Origin: the human T2T-CHM13v2.0 reference genome, Homo sapiens
Assembly: GCF_009914755.1 (NCBI RefSeq)
Contig: NC_060928.1
Length of the DNA: 64,000 nucleotides
Strand: one strand, 5' to 3'
The notes under the pieces are model-generated. The model did no database searches and was not told the origin of the DNA. It was given only the letters and a program-made list of their open reading frames with translations. Below are positions 12,681 to 30,602 of the stretch, in pieces (position 1 is the first letter of the stretch; each line of letters starts with the position of its first letter). Position numbers and translations under genes: made by a program.

Positions 12681-13734
12681 ACTCCCTTGTTTCCATGTTT
12701 ATTCTCTCAGCACTCTTAGGGTTTATTAAAGTAAAAAAATAAATAAAAGTTACCACAAAAAACGCCAAGACCATTTCCCATTCCAATCATGAGTGGATTA
12801 GGAGAAAAATCACAGTCTAGGTGGATTGGAGTAATTGGCCATATTTGGGTTTAGAATATGTTAATATTTATGAACATTTGAGGAAACCAGGAGGACTAGA
12901 CATGAGTAGAGATGAATACAGCAGTCAAGATCCCAGCTGGAGGGGGAATGCTTAGAATTGGCAGTTGGTGGAAAGAGGATGAATTGAAAAACATTGGTAA
13001 TTGTACAGAAATGGTATCCTTGGAAAATATAGAGAAATTTTAAAGAAATAACAATTTAAAAGCGTATCTTTTAAATGGGAGGTTTGTTCTAGAAGTTTCT
13101 GGGGCATAATCAGAAAGAGTCACTGAATGTGGTTTGGGGTGTAACTAGGGAACAAGGTAAAAAAATATTTTATTTTCTCAGTGGTCTGAAGTTCATGAGA
13201 ATAGAGGTTGAGGAATAGAGGAAAGATCAAGGACAGGAGAAAAAAGTGTCCTAGTCTATGCATACACACCAACTGCCAGGAGACTACTTATACAATTAAT
13301 ATAATTGTGTATAGTTAATAAGTAAATTATTTTTCACAAGATAGTTGTGTGACTTAAATTGCTGAGAATATCATGGTAGCGTGTAGCACAGTAAATTCAT
13401 GCAAATTCTCTGAGGCAGGGAGATCTGACACAGATTGCTCTACCAGTGATATGACTTTAGGAGCGGAAACTCAGATATAGCAGGTGATAGTGTCTGAATA
13501 GAGAAATGCAAGTGTATAGTTAACAAAACCAAACAAACCAAACACAAAGTAGCTTTGTGCTTTGGCAAAATAGGCTGGGGCTGGTGAGGACTTGGGTTAA
13601 GTTTAATAATGGCCTTGGGAAATGTTTTCAAAGGTAATAATTTTCATGAATGCCTTTACCTGCAGTGGCTCCTTTTTACCTGTTCAGCTGAACTGCACAT
13701 ATGCTTATGTTAAGTCATATGTCTATAGTTTAGT

Positions 13735-13948
13735 CAAGATTAAGCAAACTACATAGCCCTTGAGCTAAACAAGCTCTGCTTCCTGTTTATATAAATAAAA
13801 TTTTATTGGTAAATGGTCACATCCATTTATTTAAAAATTGTCTATCACTGCTGCATTCAGGCTACAGCAGCAGAATGAGTAACTACTGCTTTATGAACTG
13901 TAAAGCCCCAAATATTTCTCTTCACAGAAAATGTTTGCTGACCCCTGA
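13735..13948. mobile_element. MER58A-like hAT MITE
   Basis: Typical motifs aaataaaattttattgg...catttatt...ttgtctat and end agaaaatgtttgctgacccctg. Confidence 0.65.
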
Positions 13949-15302
13949 ACTAGTACAAAACAAATAAACTCACCTACACCAAAATCCATTTATTTATTTT
14001 AAAGTCTTTTTAGTTTTTATGAAACATTAGGAAAACATCTCTCTGAGTTACAATTTTGTATCTACTCAGTAAACACTTCTGCTGAAGTGAAGTGCCAAGT
14101 GAATTTCCAAGGAAATTTTCTTGAAATGTTTTTGCTCTTGAGCCTGAATACTACTTGCTTGAACTACTTCATCAATAAAAAAATAGAAAGATTTTTGTGT
14201 GCTTTTTCTTATGCTTTTTGCCCAACAACAATCTTCAACTTAATGGTTAAAAAACTCAAAACTGGGGGGGAAGAAGCCAAGATGGCTGAATAGGAACAGC
14301 TCCAGTCTACAGCTCCCATCATGAGCGACGCAGAAGATGGGTGATTTCTGCTTTTCCATCTGAGGTACTGGGTTCATCTCACTAGGGAGTGCCAGACAGT
14401 GGGCACAGGAGAGTGGGTGCAGCACACTGCATGCAAGCTGAAGCAGGGTGAGGCATTGCCTCACTCGGGAAGCACAAGGTGTCAGGGAGTTCCCTTTCCT
14501 AGTCAAAGAAAGGGGTGACAGACGGCACCTGGAAAATCGGGTCACTCCCACCTGAATACTGCACTTTTCTGACAGGCTTAAAAAGCGGCACACCAGGAGA
14601 TTATATCCTGCACCTGGCTTGGAGGGTCCTATGCCCACGGAGTCTCGCCGATTGCTAGCACAGCAGTCTGAGATCAAACTGCAAGGCGGCAGCGAGGCTG
14701 GGGGAGGGGCGCACACCATTGCCCAGGCTTGCTTAGGTAAACAAAGCAGCCGGGAAGCTCGAACTGGGTGGAGCCCACCACAGCTCAAGGAGGCCTACCT
14801 GCCTCTGTAGGCTCCACCTCTGGGAGCAGGGCACAGACAAACAAAAAGACAGCAGTAACCTCTGCAGACTTAAATATCCCTGTCTGACAGCTTTGAAGAG
14901 AGCAGTGGTTCTCCCAGCATGCAGCTGGAGATCTGAGAACCGGCAGACTGCCTCCTCAAGTGGGTCCCTGACCCCTGACCCCTGAGCAGCCTAACTGGGA
15001 GGCACCCCCGAGTAGGGGCAGACTGACACCTCACATGGCTGGGTACTCCTCTGAGACAAAACTTCCAGAGGAACGATCAGACAGCAGCATTCGTGGTTCA
15101 CGAAAATCCGCTGTTCTGCAGCCAATGCTGCTGTTACCCAGGCAAACAGAGTCTGGAGTGGACATCTAGGAAACTCCAACAGACCTGCAGCTGAGGGTCC
15201 TGTCTGTTAGAAGGAAAACTAACAAACAGAAAGGACATCCACACCAAAAACCCATCTGTACGTCACCATCATCAAAGACCAAAAGTAGATAAAACCACAA
15301 AG

Positions 15303-16316
15303 ATGGGGAAAAAACAGAGCAGAAAAACTGGAACTCTAAAAAGCAGAGTTCCTCTCCTCCTCCAAAGGAACACAGTTCCTCACCAGCAACGGAACAAAGC
15401 TGGATGGAGAATGACTTTGACGAGTGGAGAGAAGAAGGCTTCAGATGATGAAACTACTCAGAGCTACAGGAGGAAGTTCAAACCAAAGGCAAAGAAGTTG
15501 AAAACTTTGAAAAAAATTTAGACAAATGTATAACTAGAATAAGCAATACAGAGAAGTGCTTAAAGGAGCTGATGGAGCTGAAAGCCAAGGCTCAAGAACT
15601 ACATGAAGAATGTAGAAGCCTCAGGAGCCAATGCGATCAACTAGAAGAAAGGGTATCAGTGATGGAAGATGAAATGAATGAAATGAAGTGAGAAGGGAAG
15701 TTGAGAGAAAAAAGAATAAAAAGAAACGAACAAAGCCTCCAAGAAATATGGGACTATGTGAAAAGACCAAACCTACATCTGATTGGTGTACCTGAAAGTG
15801 ACGGGGAGAATGGAACCAAGTTGGAAAACACTGCAGGATATTATCCAGGAGAACTTCCCTAATCTAGCAAGGCAGGCCAACATTCAGATTCAGGAAATAC
15901 AGAGAATGCCACAAAGATACTCCTTGAGAAGAGCAACTCCAAGACACATAATTGTCAGATTCACCAAAGTTGAAATGAAGGAAAAAATGTTAAGGACAGG
16001 CAGAGAGAAAGGTCGGGTTACCCACAAAGGGAAGCCCATCAGACTAACAGCGGATCTCTCGGCAGAAACTCTACAAGCCAGAAGAGAGTGGGGGCCAATA
16101 TTCAACATTCTTAAAGAAAAGAATTTTCAACCCAGAATTTCATATCCAGCCAAACTAAGTTTCATAAGTGAAGGAGAAATAAAATCCTTTACACACAAGA
16201 AAATGCTGAGGGATTTTGTCACCAACAGGCCTGCCCTAAAAGAGCTCCTGAAGGAAGCACTAAACATGGAAAGGAAAAACTGGTACCAGCCACTGCAAAA
16301 TCATGCCAAGTTGTAA
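15303..16316 (+). pseudogene. L1 ORF1p, frameshifted
   Basis: MGKKQSRKTG... start. Split into 15303-15521 and 15783-16316 pieces by frameshifts and stops. Confidence 0.9.
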
Positions 16317-16379
16317 AGACCATCGAGGCTAGGAAGAAACTGCATCAACTAACGAGCAAAATAACCAGCTAGCATCAAA

Positions 16380-20208
<3,829 letters not shown>

Positions 20209-20656
20209 ACAATGAGAACACATGGACACAGGAAGGGGCACATCACACCCTGGGGACTGTTGTGGGGTCGGGGGAGGGAGGAGGGATAGCATTAGGAGAT
20301 ATACCTAATGCTAAATGACAAGTTAATGGGTGCAGCACACCAGCATGGCACATGTATACATATGTAACTAACCTGCACATTGTGCACATGTACCCTAAAA
20401 CTTAAAGTATAATAATAATAAAATAAAAAATAAAAAAACAAAACAAAAAAATCTCAAAATTGTTTCCATCTTTATCCTTTCTTTTCTTTTAGGATTTTCC
20501 CCCAAATTAAAAGAGAAAATAGAAGTTATCTGAAGATTATATCATGCTAATTATAATTTTCTGTAACTACATCTTCAGATAAAATGCTTAATATGTATAA
20601 TTATGCATAATCTCTAAAGTTTGGTTGGGTTTACCTTTGTATGATTATTCTAAGGC

Positions 20657-20848
20657 AATAATTCTCAAATTTTAGTGTGCATCAGAATCACCTGTAAGGT
20701 GTGTAAAACCACATGAATGTGCTCCATTCACACAATTTCTGATTCATCTGATTTCATCTGGGCTGGGGCCTGATAATTTACATTTCTAACGTGTTCCCTG
20801 GTGATACTGATGCTGCTGATTTGGGAACCACACTTTAGGAACCACTTT
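20657..20848. mobile_element. MER5A-like MITE
   Basis: ttctcaaattttagtgtgcatcagaatcacctg ... ccacactttaggaaccact. Confidence 0.7.
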
Positions 20849-21052
20849 TCTAAGGTGGAGATAGACAATCACAAATTGTTCCCCATTCCCCTCCCAATGA
20901 TTGAGGAGTTGGAACCATGTATGGCAAAATAAATATTGAAACAGCTAGAAAAATAACATGTTTATAAAAGAAAATGAAAGAATTTGAGGATATTAAATAG
21001 GATAAGAAGACTGGAATATTTAAAAAATAACCTTATAGTATATGAAAAGGTT

Positions 21053-21336
21053 AACATCATTCTCAGCAAACTATCACAAGATGAGAAAACCAAACACCAC
21101 ATGTTCTCACTCATAAGTGGGAGTTAACAATGAGAACACATGGACACAGGGTGGGGAACATCACACACTGGGGCCTGTCAGGGGGTGGGTACTGGGGGAG
21201 GGATAACATTAGGAGAAATACTTAATGTAGGTGATGGGTTGACGGGTGCAGCAAACCACCATAGCACGTGTATACCTATGTAACGAAACTGCACAGTCTG
21301 CACATGTAACCCAGAACTTAAAATATAATAAAAAAA
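21053..21336 (+). mobile_element. L1PA (older, ~PA7-8) 3' end fragment
   Basis: catcattctcagcaaacta...cttaaaatataataaaaaaa. TSD gaaaaggtt at 21044-21052 / 21337-21345. Confidence 0.85.
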
Positions 21337-24300
21337 GAAAAGGTTTAGCAAAAACGGTGGGAATAGATGATCAAAATATTTTAGAATCTTATCATGAAAA
21401 TTTGTGTAAGTCTCTGGCTTTTATGTTTGCCCAAGAAGTCTAGGTTTGACGATGGTATACAGGAATAATACCTAGTAGCTTCCCAGGCATCTCCATGGAG
21501 CCAAGATCCCCAAGTGAGGAGGTTCAGCTTCTGGCAGTCTGTAGGTGTTCCAATACCTCTAAAAGACTAACTGCTCCAGGGACCTACAAAGCATTTTCTT
21601 TGTTTTTTTTTTCTGAGATACTAATAGTCAATTATGCAAACCTGTTCTTTTCTGTTAAAAGAGAGAGTGGGCAGGCTTAAACTTTGCCTTTCTACTATGG
21701 ATTTGGGGAGGAGAAAGCATTTTTAGACAAGAGAGAAGACATATTTTAAGAAGTAAGCCAAGAATGAAGGATAATTTTAAGGAGGAAAAAAAGAACCAAT
21801 GTCAATATTGGCATATTTACAAGAGTAAGAAGAAAATGTAAAGAATGAGAAAAATGAGCAGCTCAGTCTACTTCACTTACACAGGGTATAATAGCCTAGT
21901 GTGTATAGCTTATTCACTTAATATACCAATACGCCAGGGTGAATTTGAACCATTCAAAGAAGAGGCAGACATCTCACATTTCATGAAATAATGAGAACCA
22001 TAGCCATCAACTGGATCAAGGAGAAAATTCCACTCCCAGAAATTCTTTCAGGTCAAGGACGAAAGATAACTATTATTCCTTGCTTATTAGGTATTTATTA
22101 GCCAACAGAATGTGAATATAGGACAAAGTTATTATGATTTAGCAGAAATTTGGTCAGATTGAAATGATGGTTTGAAAATAACATGAAATGTAATAAGAAT
22201 AAACTGTTTTGCTTTTAGATGTAGCTTAACAGAAGCACATGTGAGAAGACCTTTTGGTTTAAGTCCATACTTAACAATGAGTTCCCACATTTGATAGGTC
22301 TACTATCAAAGCTACTGCAATCTTGGGACTCAGTTCTGAAGGGAAAAATTAAAGAACCAGATTAAGCAAACTGATAATCCTGGCCTATGCTAGCCAGATC
22401 ATTCTGAGGTACTATGCTCAGTTTATGAACATGGTAAAAGTTCAAATAGACGAGTAGAACACATTTTCCATTTCCCAGAAACAACCAATTTCAAGTTTTC
22501 CCTTTTAGTTCTTCTGTGATTACCATCATCACTTTATAGTTTCTTAAAATACAGTCATCACATAAGAAACACAGTGAACTTATGCTAAGTTCAGCCACAC
22601 TATTCACAGACTCTCTCTCAATAATTTTTAGTTAAAATATTGTTAATTGTTTTATTGGTTGTATTCTATTTCTTGGTCTTTCAACTGTAGTCAGCATCTA
22701 ACTGATTGTCCAAAACATAATTAACATGTCAAAACTTCCTTTGGTTTATTTGCAATATTTCCTATCTTTTATTTTTCTAGCTATACCATTACTTTCATTC
22801 ACATTATTTAAATTTATACATCTTGCTTTGTAAATATAACATCTATGTGCTTTATTAATAGGTGGCTCCTAAGAGTATACTTTCAGGGATCATTTCTATA
22901 GTTTGTTATTAATAGGTGGCTGCTAAAACGTAGAAACCATTAAATAGTAGACTCAATAGGGTGTTTACTTGGAATATTATTTACAGAGGTTCTATAAATG
23001 GATTAACCTATGGGTCAATGACTTGTCCTGTATCTCTCATAAGAGAACATTACAGATGTCAAGTTTAAATAAAGTCTCTACCTACTACCTACTATCAACT
23101 GCGGAAACCATGCCACATGTATTTACTTTTGCAATTTGAACATGATTTTCTAGTATGTCCTTCCTTTTTTTGAGTTTTTACTTGCCTTTCTTTTTCCATG
23201 TTGACAAAGAAAGCACAAAGCACTTATTTTCATTATACCACTAACATAGTTCAAGTTCTTAATTATATAATTTCTGTAATAGAATATTCCATCATCTTAA
23301 GGCTATATTTCAAAACATCTTCTGATTTATCTTTCAGTTTGGATCCTGTTATTTTTAGGTTAGATTAGTGACCATTTACATAGGGTTTATTTTCAGTGTA
23401 ATCCTTAGTAAATTTGACTATTTCTATTATTTTATATTGTATTCTTGGATTCTTTTAAGTTTTGCTAGGCTATGTTCTTAAGTTATGTATGTACATATGT
23501 TTTTTTTTTTTTCAAAATAGGCAACTGGGAGACAAACTTTTTGGTTCCTTGCATTTTAAAATATTATTTTGTCCATATAATTGGACCATTATACTGATTA
23601 TTTTGTCCATCTATTTGCACAGTATTTTTTGCGGGTATGTCAGTTGGGGTTTTAAAATGATAAATAATGGAATTAAATTCTGGCTAACCTAAGTAAATAT
23701 GAATATATTGAAATGATATTGGTGGCTTCAGGCATCTTTGGGAAGTTTGAAAAGTGCTGGGCACCAGACAAGAATCAAAGTGGCTCAGAAATCAATGCCT
23801 TTCTGGTCTTTTACTGCGGATATATCTTTTTATGTTACTATTCTGAGCTCCTGTTTCTCCACTTTAATATATTGGTCAATATCATCTCAAATTGCTTTCT
23901 CCAGTTTTCCCCCCAGAAGTCCATCAACATCTTTTACACTGATGGTGCATTTTTTAAAAGCATTGTCCAGGCTTTATTCTCTTTTTGTATCTTTTTGCCA
24001 TTATTGCATTGAGATTTCAGAAGAGATGAGAGACAACATATTTTAAGAGTATGTTGGAAAACTGTTATGTCCAGAGAGTATTCAGAACGGAAAAGGGATT
24101 GAAAATCATGTTACCAGGGACATGAAGGGATAGACCGGTAATGTTTATTACAAAGTCTTAGGATTGGTGACATGTTAGCAGTCTCCCAACAGGCCCAGAA
24201 TTCTAGGAAATTAAATAGCGGAAAATTTGGACTCAGCATAAGGAATATCTGTCCTTTCTTTTCTCTGTCCTCTACATTCCATCATACGAGTCAATGTTTT

Positions 24301-24827
24301 ATATAACAAAATCTGGCATGGGCCTATTTCCGACTGGGAAGTGATTATTCCTGTTTATATTTAATGCAGGGAATTCCTCATTTATTAATGTACTCTTCTA
24401 AGAGGACTTCCTTCTGCCTTACCTTAGCCTCAAGTATTTTTTTTACAGCATTTGTTATAACAATTAGAGATTTATCAAGGAACTATGGAATACATGAAGT
24501 CAGGAAGGACAAATATAGAGAAAGATTACTTTCATCGCTATTGCTAGGTTCAGAGAAAATAGGCAAGATTAAATATAAAGATCTTGGGTTAAGCTTATGG
24601 GGAAATTTCCCAAGAAGATTGATTTTGGAAGTCATGTATTGCCAAAGAAGCAAGGATACCTTAAACTCCAGAGGTATTTTAAAAATCAAGCTTAAATAGG
24701 TTATAATCTGCCCAAATAATTTAGTGTGGTACTGTTTGAAAGTGGGAGGAAGGATTAAATTTACAAATTTCTAACAATTTTTCACAGGATCCTAGGGACT
24801 CGTAGGAGTGTAAGTCAGCTATCCCCC

Positions 24828-24830
<3 letters not shown>

Positions 24831-24868
<38 letters not shown>
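24831..24868. repeat. (GT)19 microsatellite
   Basis: Direct reading. Confidence 0.95.
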
Positions 24869-24870
<2 letters not shown>

Positions 24871-25164
24871 ATACCTTAACAGTGTCATTCTATGAGTCCC
24901 ATTCAAACTTTAGCTAATGAAGATCTCACTTTTATCTGTCTGTCTAGGCTTTTATAAATGATTTTTATTTGAAGAAATACTATACAAGTAAAAATTGGAG
25001 AAAACTTCTGGGCTTAATATAGAAGACTATATCAATATATATATAGAGAGAGAGAGGCTTAGAGATGCTATGATTAATGTTAGCAGTTTTGTTCCTCTTG
25101 AGTTCTTGTATCTAACTATGTAGTGATACGTGGGAATAGCCTAGAATAGTTTAAAATTCAGTGA

Positions 25165-25510
<346 letters not shown>

Positions 25511-25699
25511 GTCTCACATTTTTGTGAGGAGGAAGCAAATTTATATTTATTACAATTGGAGCCCTGAAAGTAGAAGAGGAATTACAGTTCATTAAGCCTT
25601 TAAGCTAAAGGACTACCACTGTGGGAATGCCTAAGACCTTGATCAAAGGGTACATTAGAACCCATCTCAGGCTGTGATAGTAAGTCTTTTTGCCAAGGG

Positions 25700-28600
25700 T
25701 GGGGGAGTATCCATCACCTCAAGCATTATCTTCTGTATTTCAAACAATCAAATTATATTTTTTCATTATTTTTAAATATACAATTAAATCATTTTTGACT
25801 AGTCAACCTGTTGTGCTAGCAAATACAAGGTCTTATTCATTCTAACTCTATTTTTGTATCCATTAACCATCTCAACTTGTCCCCCATTTTTTCCACTACC
25901 CTTCCTAGTCATTGGTAACAGCTTTATAATCTCTGTCTCCACGAGGTCAATTGCTTTAATTTTTAGCTCCCACAAATAAGTGAGAACATGCAATGTTTGT
26001 CTTTCTATGCTTGGCTTATTTCACTTAACAAAATAACCTCCAGTTCCATCCATGTTGTTGCAAATGACTGGATCTCATTCTTTTTTTTAATCACTGAATA
26101 GAACTCCATACCACATTTTCTTTATCCATTCATCTGGTTTTGGCCTTTTAGGTTGATTCCAAATCTTGGCTATTGCGAAAAGTGCTGCAATAAACAAAGG
26201 AGTGCAGATATCTCTTCGATATAATGCTTTCCTTTCTTTTAGGAGTGGGATTCGTGGATTGGATGGTAGCTCTGCGTTTAGTTTTTTGAAGAACTTCCAA
26301 AATGTTCTCTATAGTGGTTGTACTAATGTACATTCCCATCAACTGTGTACAAGGTTTCCCTTTTCTCCACATCCTCCACCGGCATTTGTTACTGCCTGTC
26401 TTTTGGATAAAAGCCATATTAAATGGGTGAGATGATATCTCATTATAGCTTTGATTTGCATTTCTCTGATGATCAGTGATGTTGAGTAGTTTGTCATATA
26501 TCTGTTTGCCACTTGTAGGTCTTCTTTTGAGAAATATGTATTCAGATCTTTTGACCATTTTGAATCAGATTATGATAATTGTTTGAGCTCCTTATATATT
26601 CTTGTTGTTAATCTCTTGTCAGATAGGTAGTTTTCAAATATTTTCTTCCATTCTGTGGTTTGTCTCTTCACTTTGTTGATTGTTTCCTTTGCTGTGCAGA
26701 AGTAACTTGATGTCATTCCATTTATCCATTTTTGCTCTCGTCACCTATGCTTATGGGGTATTACTCAAGAAATCTTTGCCTAGTTCAATGTCCTAGAGAG
26801 CTTCCTCAGTTTCCTTGCAGTAGTTTCAGAATTTGAGGTCTTAGATTTATGTCTTAATCCATTTTGATTTGATGTTTGTATATGGTGAGAGTTAGAAATC
26901 TAGTTTCATTTTCTGCATATGAATGTCTAGTTTTCCCAGTATCATTTGTTAAAGACAGTGTCCTTTCCCCAGTTGATGTTCTTGGCACCTTTGTCAAAAA
27001 TGAGATTACTGTATATGTTTGGATTTATTTCTGCATTCTGTATTCTGTTCCATTGATTTATTTGTCTGCTTTTATGCCAGTACTATGCCATTTTGTTTAC
27101 TATACCTCTGTAGAATAATTTGAAGTCAAGGTAATTGTGATTCCTCCAGTTTTGTTCTTTTTGCTTATGATAGTTTTGGCTATTCTGGGTCTTTTATGGT
27201 TCCATATACATTTTAGAATTTTTTTCTATTTTTGTGAAAAATGTCATTTATATTTTGATAAGGATTGTGTTGAATCTGTAGATTGCTTTGGGTAGTATGG
27301 ACATTTTAACAATATTGATTCTTCCAATTTATGAACATGGAATAGTGTTCCATTTTTTGGTATGCTGTTCAATTTATTGCATCAGTATATTATGGATTTC
27401 ATTGCAGATAACTTTCACTTATTTGGCTAATTCCTAGGTATTTTATTTTATTTGTAGTTATTTGAGATTATTTTCTTGATTTATTTTTCAAATTGTTCAC
27501 TGTCGACATATAGAAATGTTACTGACTTTTGTATGTTGATTTTGTATTTTGCAACTTTACTGAATTTGTTTATCAGTTTTGATAGTTTTTTGGTGGAATC
27601 TTTAGGTTTTTCCAAATATTAGATTATATCATTTGAAAGATGGATAATTTGATTTCTTCCTTTCCAAATTGGATGTCCTTTATTTCTTTCTCTTGTCTGA
27701 TTGCTCTAGCTAGGACTTCCAGTACTATGTTGAATAACAGTGGTAAAATGAGCATCCTTGTTTCGTTCCACATCTTAGGGGAAAGGCTTTAAGTTTTTCT
27801 CCATTCAGTATGATCCTAGCTGTGGATCTGTCATATATGGCTTTTTATTATGTTGAGGTAAGTTCCTTCTACATCCAGTTTTTGGAGGGTTTTTATCATG
27901 AAGGGATGTTGAATTTTATCAAATGCTCTTTCAGTATCAATTGAAAAGATCTTTGGTTTTTGTTCTTCATTCTGTTGATATGAAGTATCACATTGATTGA
28001 TTTGCATATGTTGAATCATCCTTGCATCTCTGTAATAAATCCCACTTGGTCATGATAAGTGATCTCTTTAATGTGTTGATGAATTTCATTTGCTAGTATT
28101 TTGTTGAGGATCTTTATATCAATATTCATCAGGGATATTGGCCTGTAGTGTTGTGGGTTTTTTTTTTTTTAATATCTTGTCTGGTTTTGGTATCAGGGTA
28201 ATAATGGCCCCATAGAATGAGTTTCAAAGTATGCCCTCCTCCTTTATTTTTCAGAATAGTTTGAGTAGGATTGGTGTTAGTTATTTAAATGTTTGGGAAA
28301 TTTCACAGCACAGCCATTGGGTCCCAGGCTTTTCTTTGCTGCAAGACTTTTATTACAGCTTTGGTCTTACTACTTGCTATTGGTTTGCTCAGGTTTTGGA
28401 TTTCTTTATGGTTCAACTTTGGTAGATTGTATATATCTGGGAATTTATCCATTTCTTCTAGATTTTCCAAGTTACTAGGATATAGTTTCTCCAAGTAGCC
28501 ATCTATGACCCTTTGAATTTCTGTGGTATTGGTTTTAATGTCTCCTTTTTCATCTCTGATTTTATTTATTTTGGTCATCTCTCTCTTTTTATTAATTAGT

Positions 28601-30565
28601 CTGGGTAAAGGTTTGTCAATTTTATCTATCTTTTAAAAACACAAACTTTGTTTAATTCATCTTTTGTATTGTTTTCTTAGTTTTAATTTTATTTATTTCT
28701 CCTCTAATTTTTATTATTTCTTTTCTTTCCTAATTTTGGGTTTGGTTGCTCCTGTTTTTTTAATTCTTAAAATGCATTGTTAGGTTATTTATTGGAAATT
28801 TTTTTTCTTTTTTTGATGTAGGTGCTTATATCTATAAATATCACTCTTAGTCCTGCTTTCACTGCCTTCCCACAGGTTTTTGTATGTCGCATTTCCATTA
28901 TCACTTGTTTCAAGAAATTTTTCAGCTTCCTTCTTAATTTCTTCATTGACCCACTGGTCATTCAGGAATATGTTAATTTCCATGTGCTTGTACAGTTTTC
29001 AAAATTACTCTGTTATTGATTTCTAGTTTTATTCTATTGTTATCAGAGAAGTTGCTTGATATTATTTCAATTTTTTGCATATTTTCAGACTTGTTTTGTG
29101 ACCTAACACATGGTCTGTCTTGAGGATGATTATATGCTGAGCAGGAGGTGTATTCTAGCTATGCCAACTAGCTATGCCAGCTCTTTTATGCTTTTCATTG
29201 GCATGGAATATATTTTCCATCCCTTTATTTTGAATGTAAATGTGCCTTTACAGGTGAAGTGTGTTTTTTGTAGGGAACAGATCATTCAGATCATTGCATC
29301 TTGTTTTTTTTTTTTTTTTTTTTTTACATCCGTTCAGCCACACTATGTCTTTTGATTGGAGAGTTTAGTCCATTTACATTCAACGTTTTTTTTTTTTTTG
29401 ATAAGTAAGGACTTAACCCTTGTCATTTCGTTGTTTGTTTTCCAGCCCTTTTGCGGTGTTCTCTTCTTCCTTTTCTTCCATCCTGCATCCTGTCTTTTTT
29501 TTAGTGAAGATGATTTTCTCTGGTAGTATGATTAAATTTCTTGTTTTTTATTTTTTCATGTATCCATTGTATGATTTTTGATTTGAGATTCCATGTTGCT
29601 TGCAAACTGTATCTTTTAACCTATTATTTTAAACTTATGACAACTTAACTACTGATTGCATAAGCAAACAAAAAGAAAACTAATAAAATCTCTATACTTT
29701 AATTGTATTCCCTCACTTTTAAACTTTTTGTTGTTTTCCTTTATGTCTTATTGTACTATGTCTTGAAAATTTATTGTAGTTATTATTTTTGATTGGTTCA
29801 TCTTTTAGTCTCTCTAGTTAAGAGTAGTTTACATACCACAATAATAGTGTTATGATATTCTATCTTTTTCTATGTACATACTATCACCAGTGAGTTTTGT
29901 ACCTTCAGAAGATTTTTAATGTTGATTAATATCCTTTGTTTTCTGGTTGTAGAACTCCCTTTAGCATTTCTTGTAGGAGAGTTGTGACGCTAATAAAATC
30001 TCTCAGCTTTTGTCTGTTTGGGAAAGTGTTTAATTTTTCTTGATGTTTGAAGGATATTATTACTAGATATACTATTCTAGGGTAACAGTATTTTCCTTCA
30101 GCATTTTAAATATGTAATGCCACTCATTCCTGGCCTGTAGGATTTCCACTGAAAAATCTGCTGCCAGATAGAGCTTCATTGCATGTTATTTGTTTCTTTT
30201 ATCTTGCTGCTTTTAGAATCCTTTCGTTATCCTTGACCTTTGGGAGTTCGATTATTAAATCTTTTGAGGTAGTCTTCTTTGGGTTAAATCTGCCTGGTGT
30301 TCTATAACCTTCTTGTACATGGATATTGATATCTTTCTCTAGGTTTGGGAATTTCTCTATTATTACCCTGTTGAATAAATTTTCTACCCCATCTCGTTCT
30401 CTTAATCCTCTTTAAGGACAACAACAATTAGATTTTCTGTTTTGAGCTTATTTTTCTAGATCTTGTAGATCTGTTTCATTTTTTTCTTCTGCTTGATCAA
30501 TTCTGCTATTAAGACACTCTAATGCATTCTTCAGTATGTCAGTTGCATTTTTGATCTCCAGAATT

Positions 30566-30602
<37 letters not shown>

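Noticed and set aside
23713-24046. Overlapping ORFs including FTADIS (similar to ALB FHADIC)
   Set aside because: Wrong position relative to exon 13 and no flanking similarity; probably a decayed repeat.
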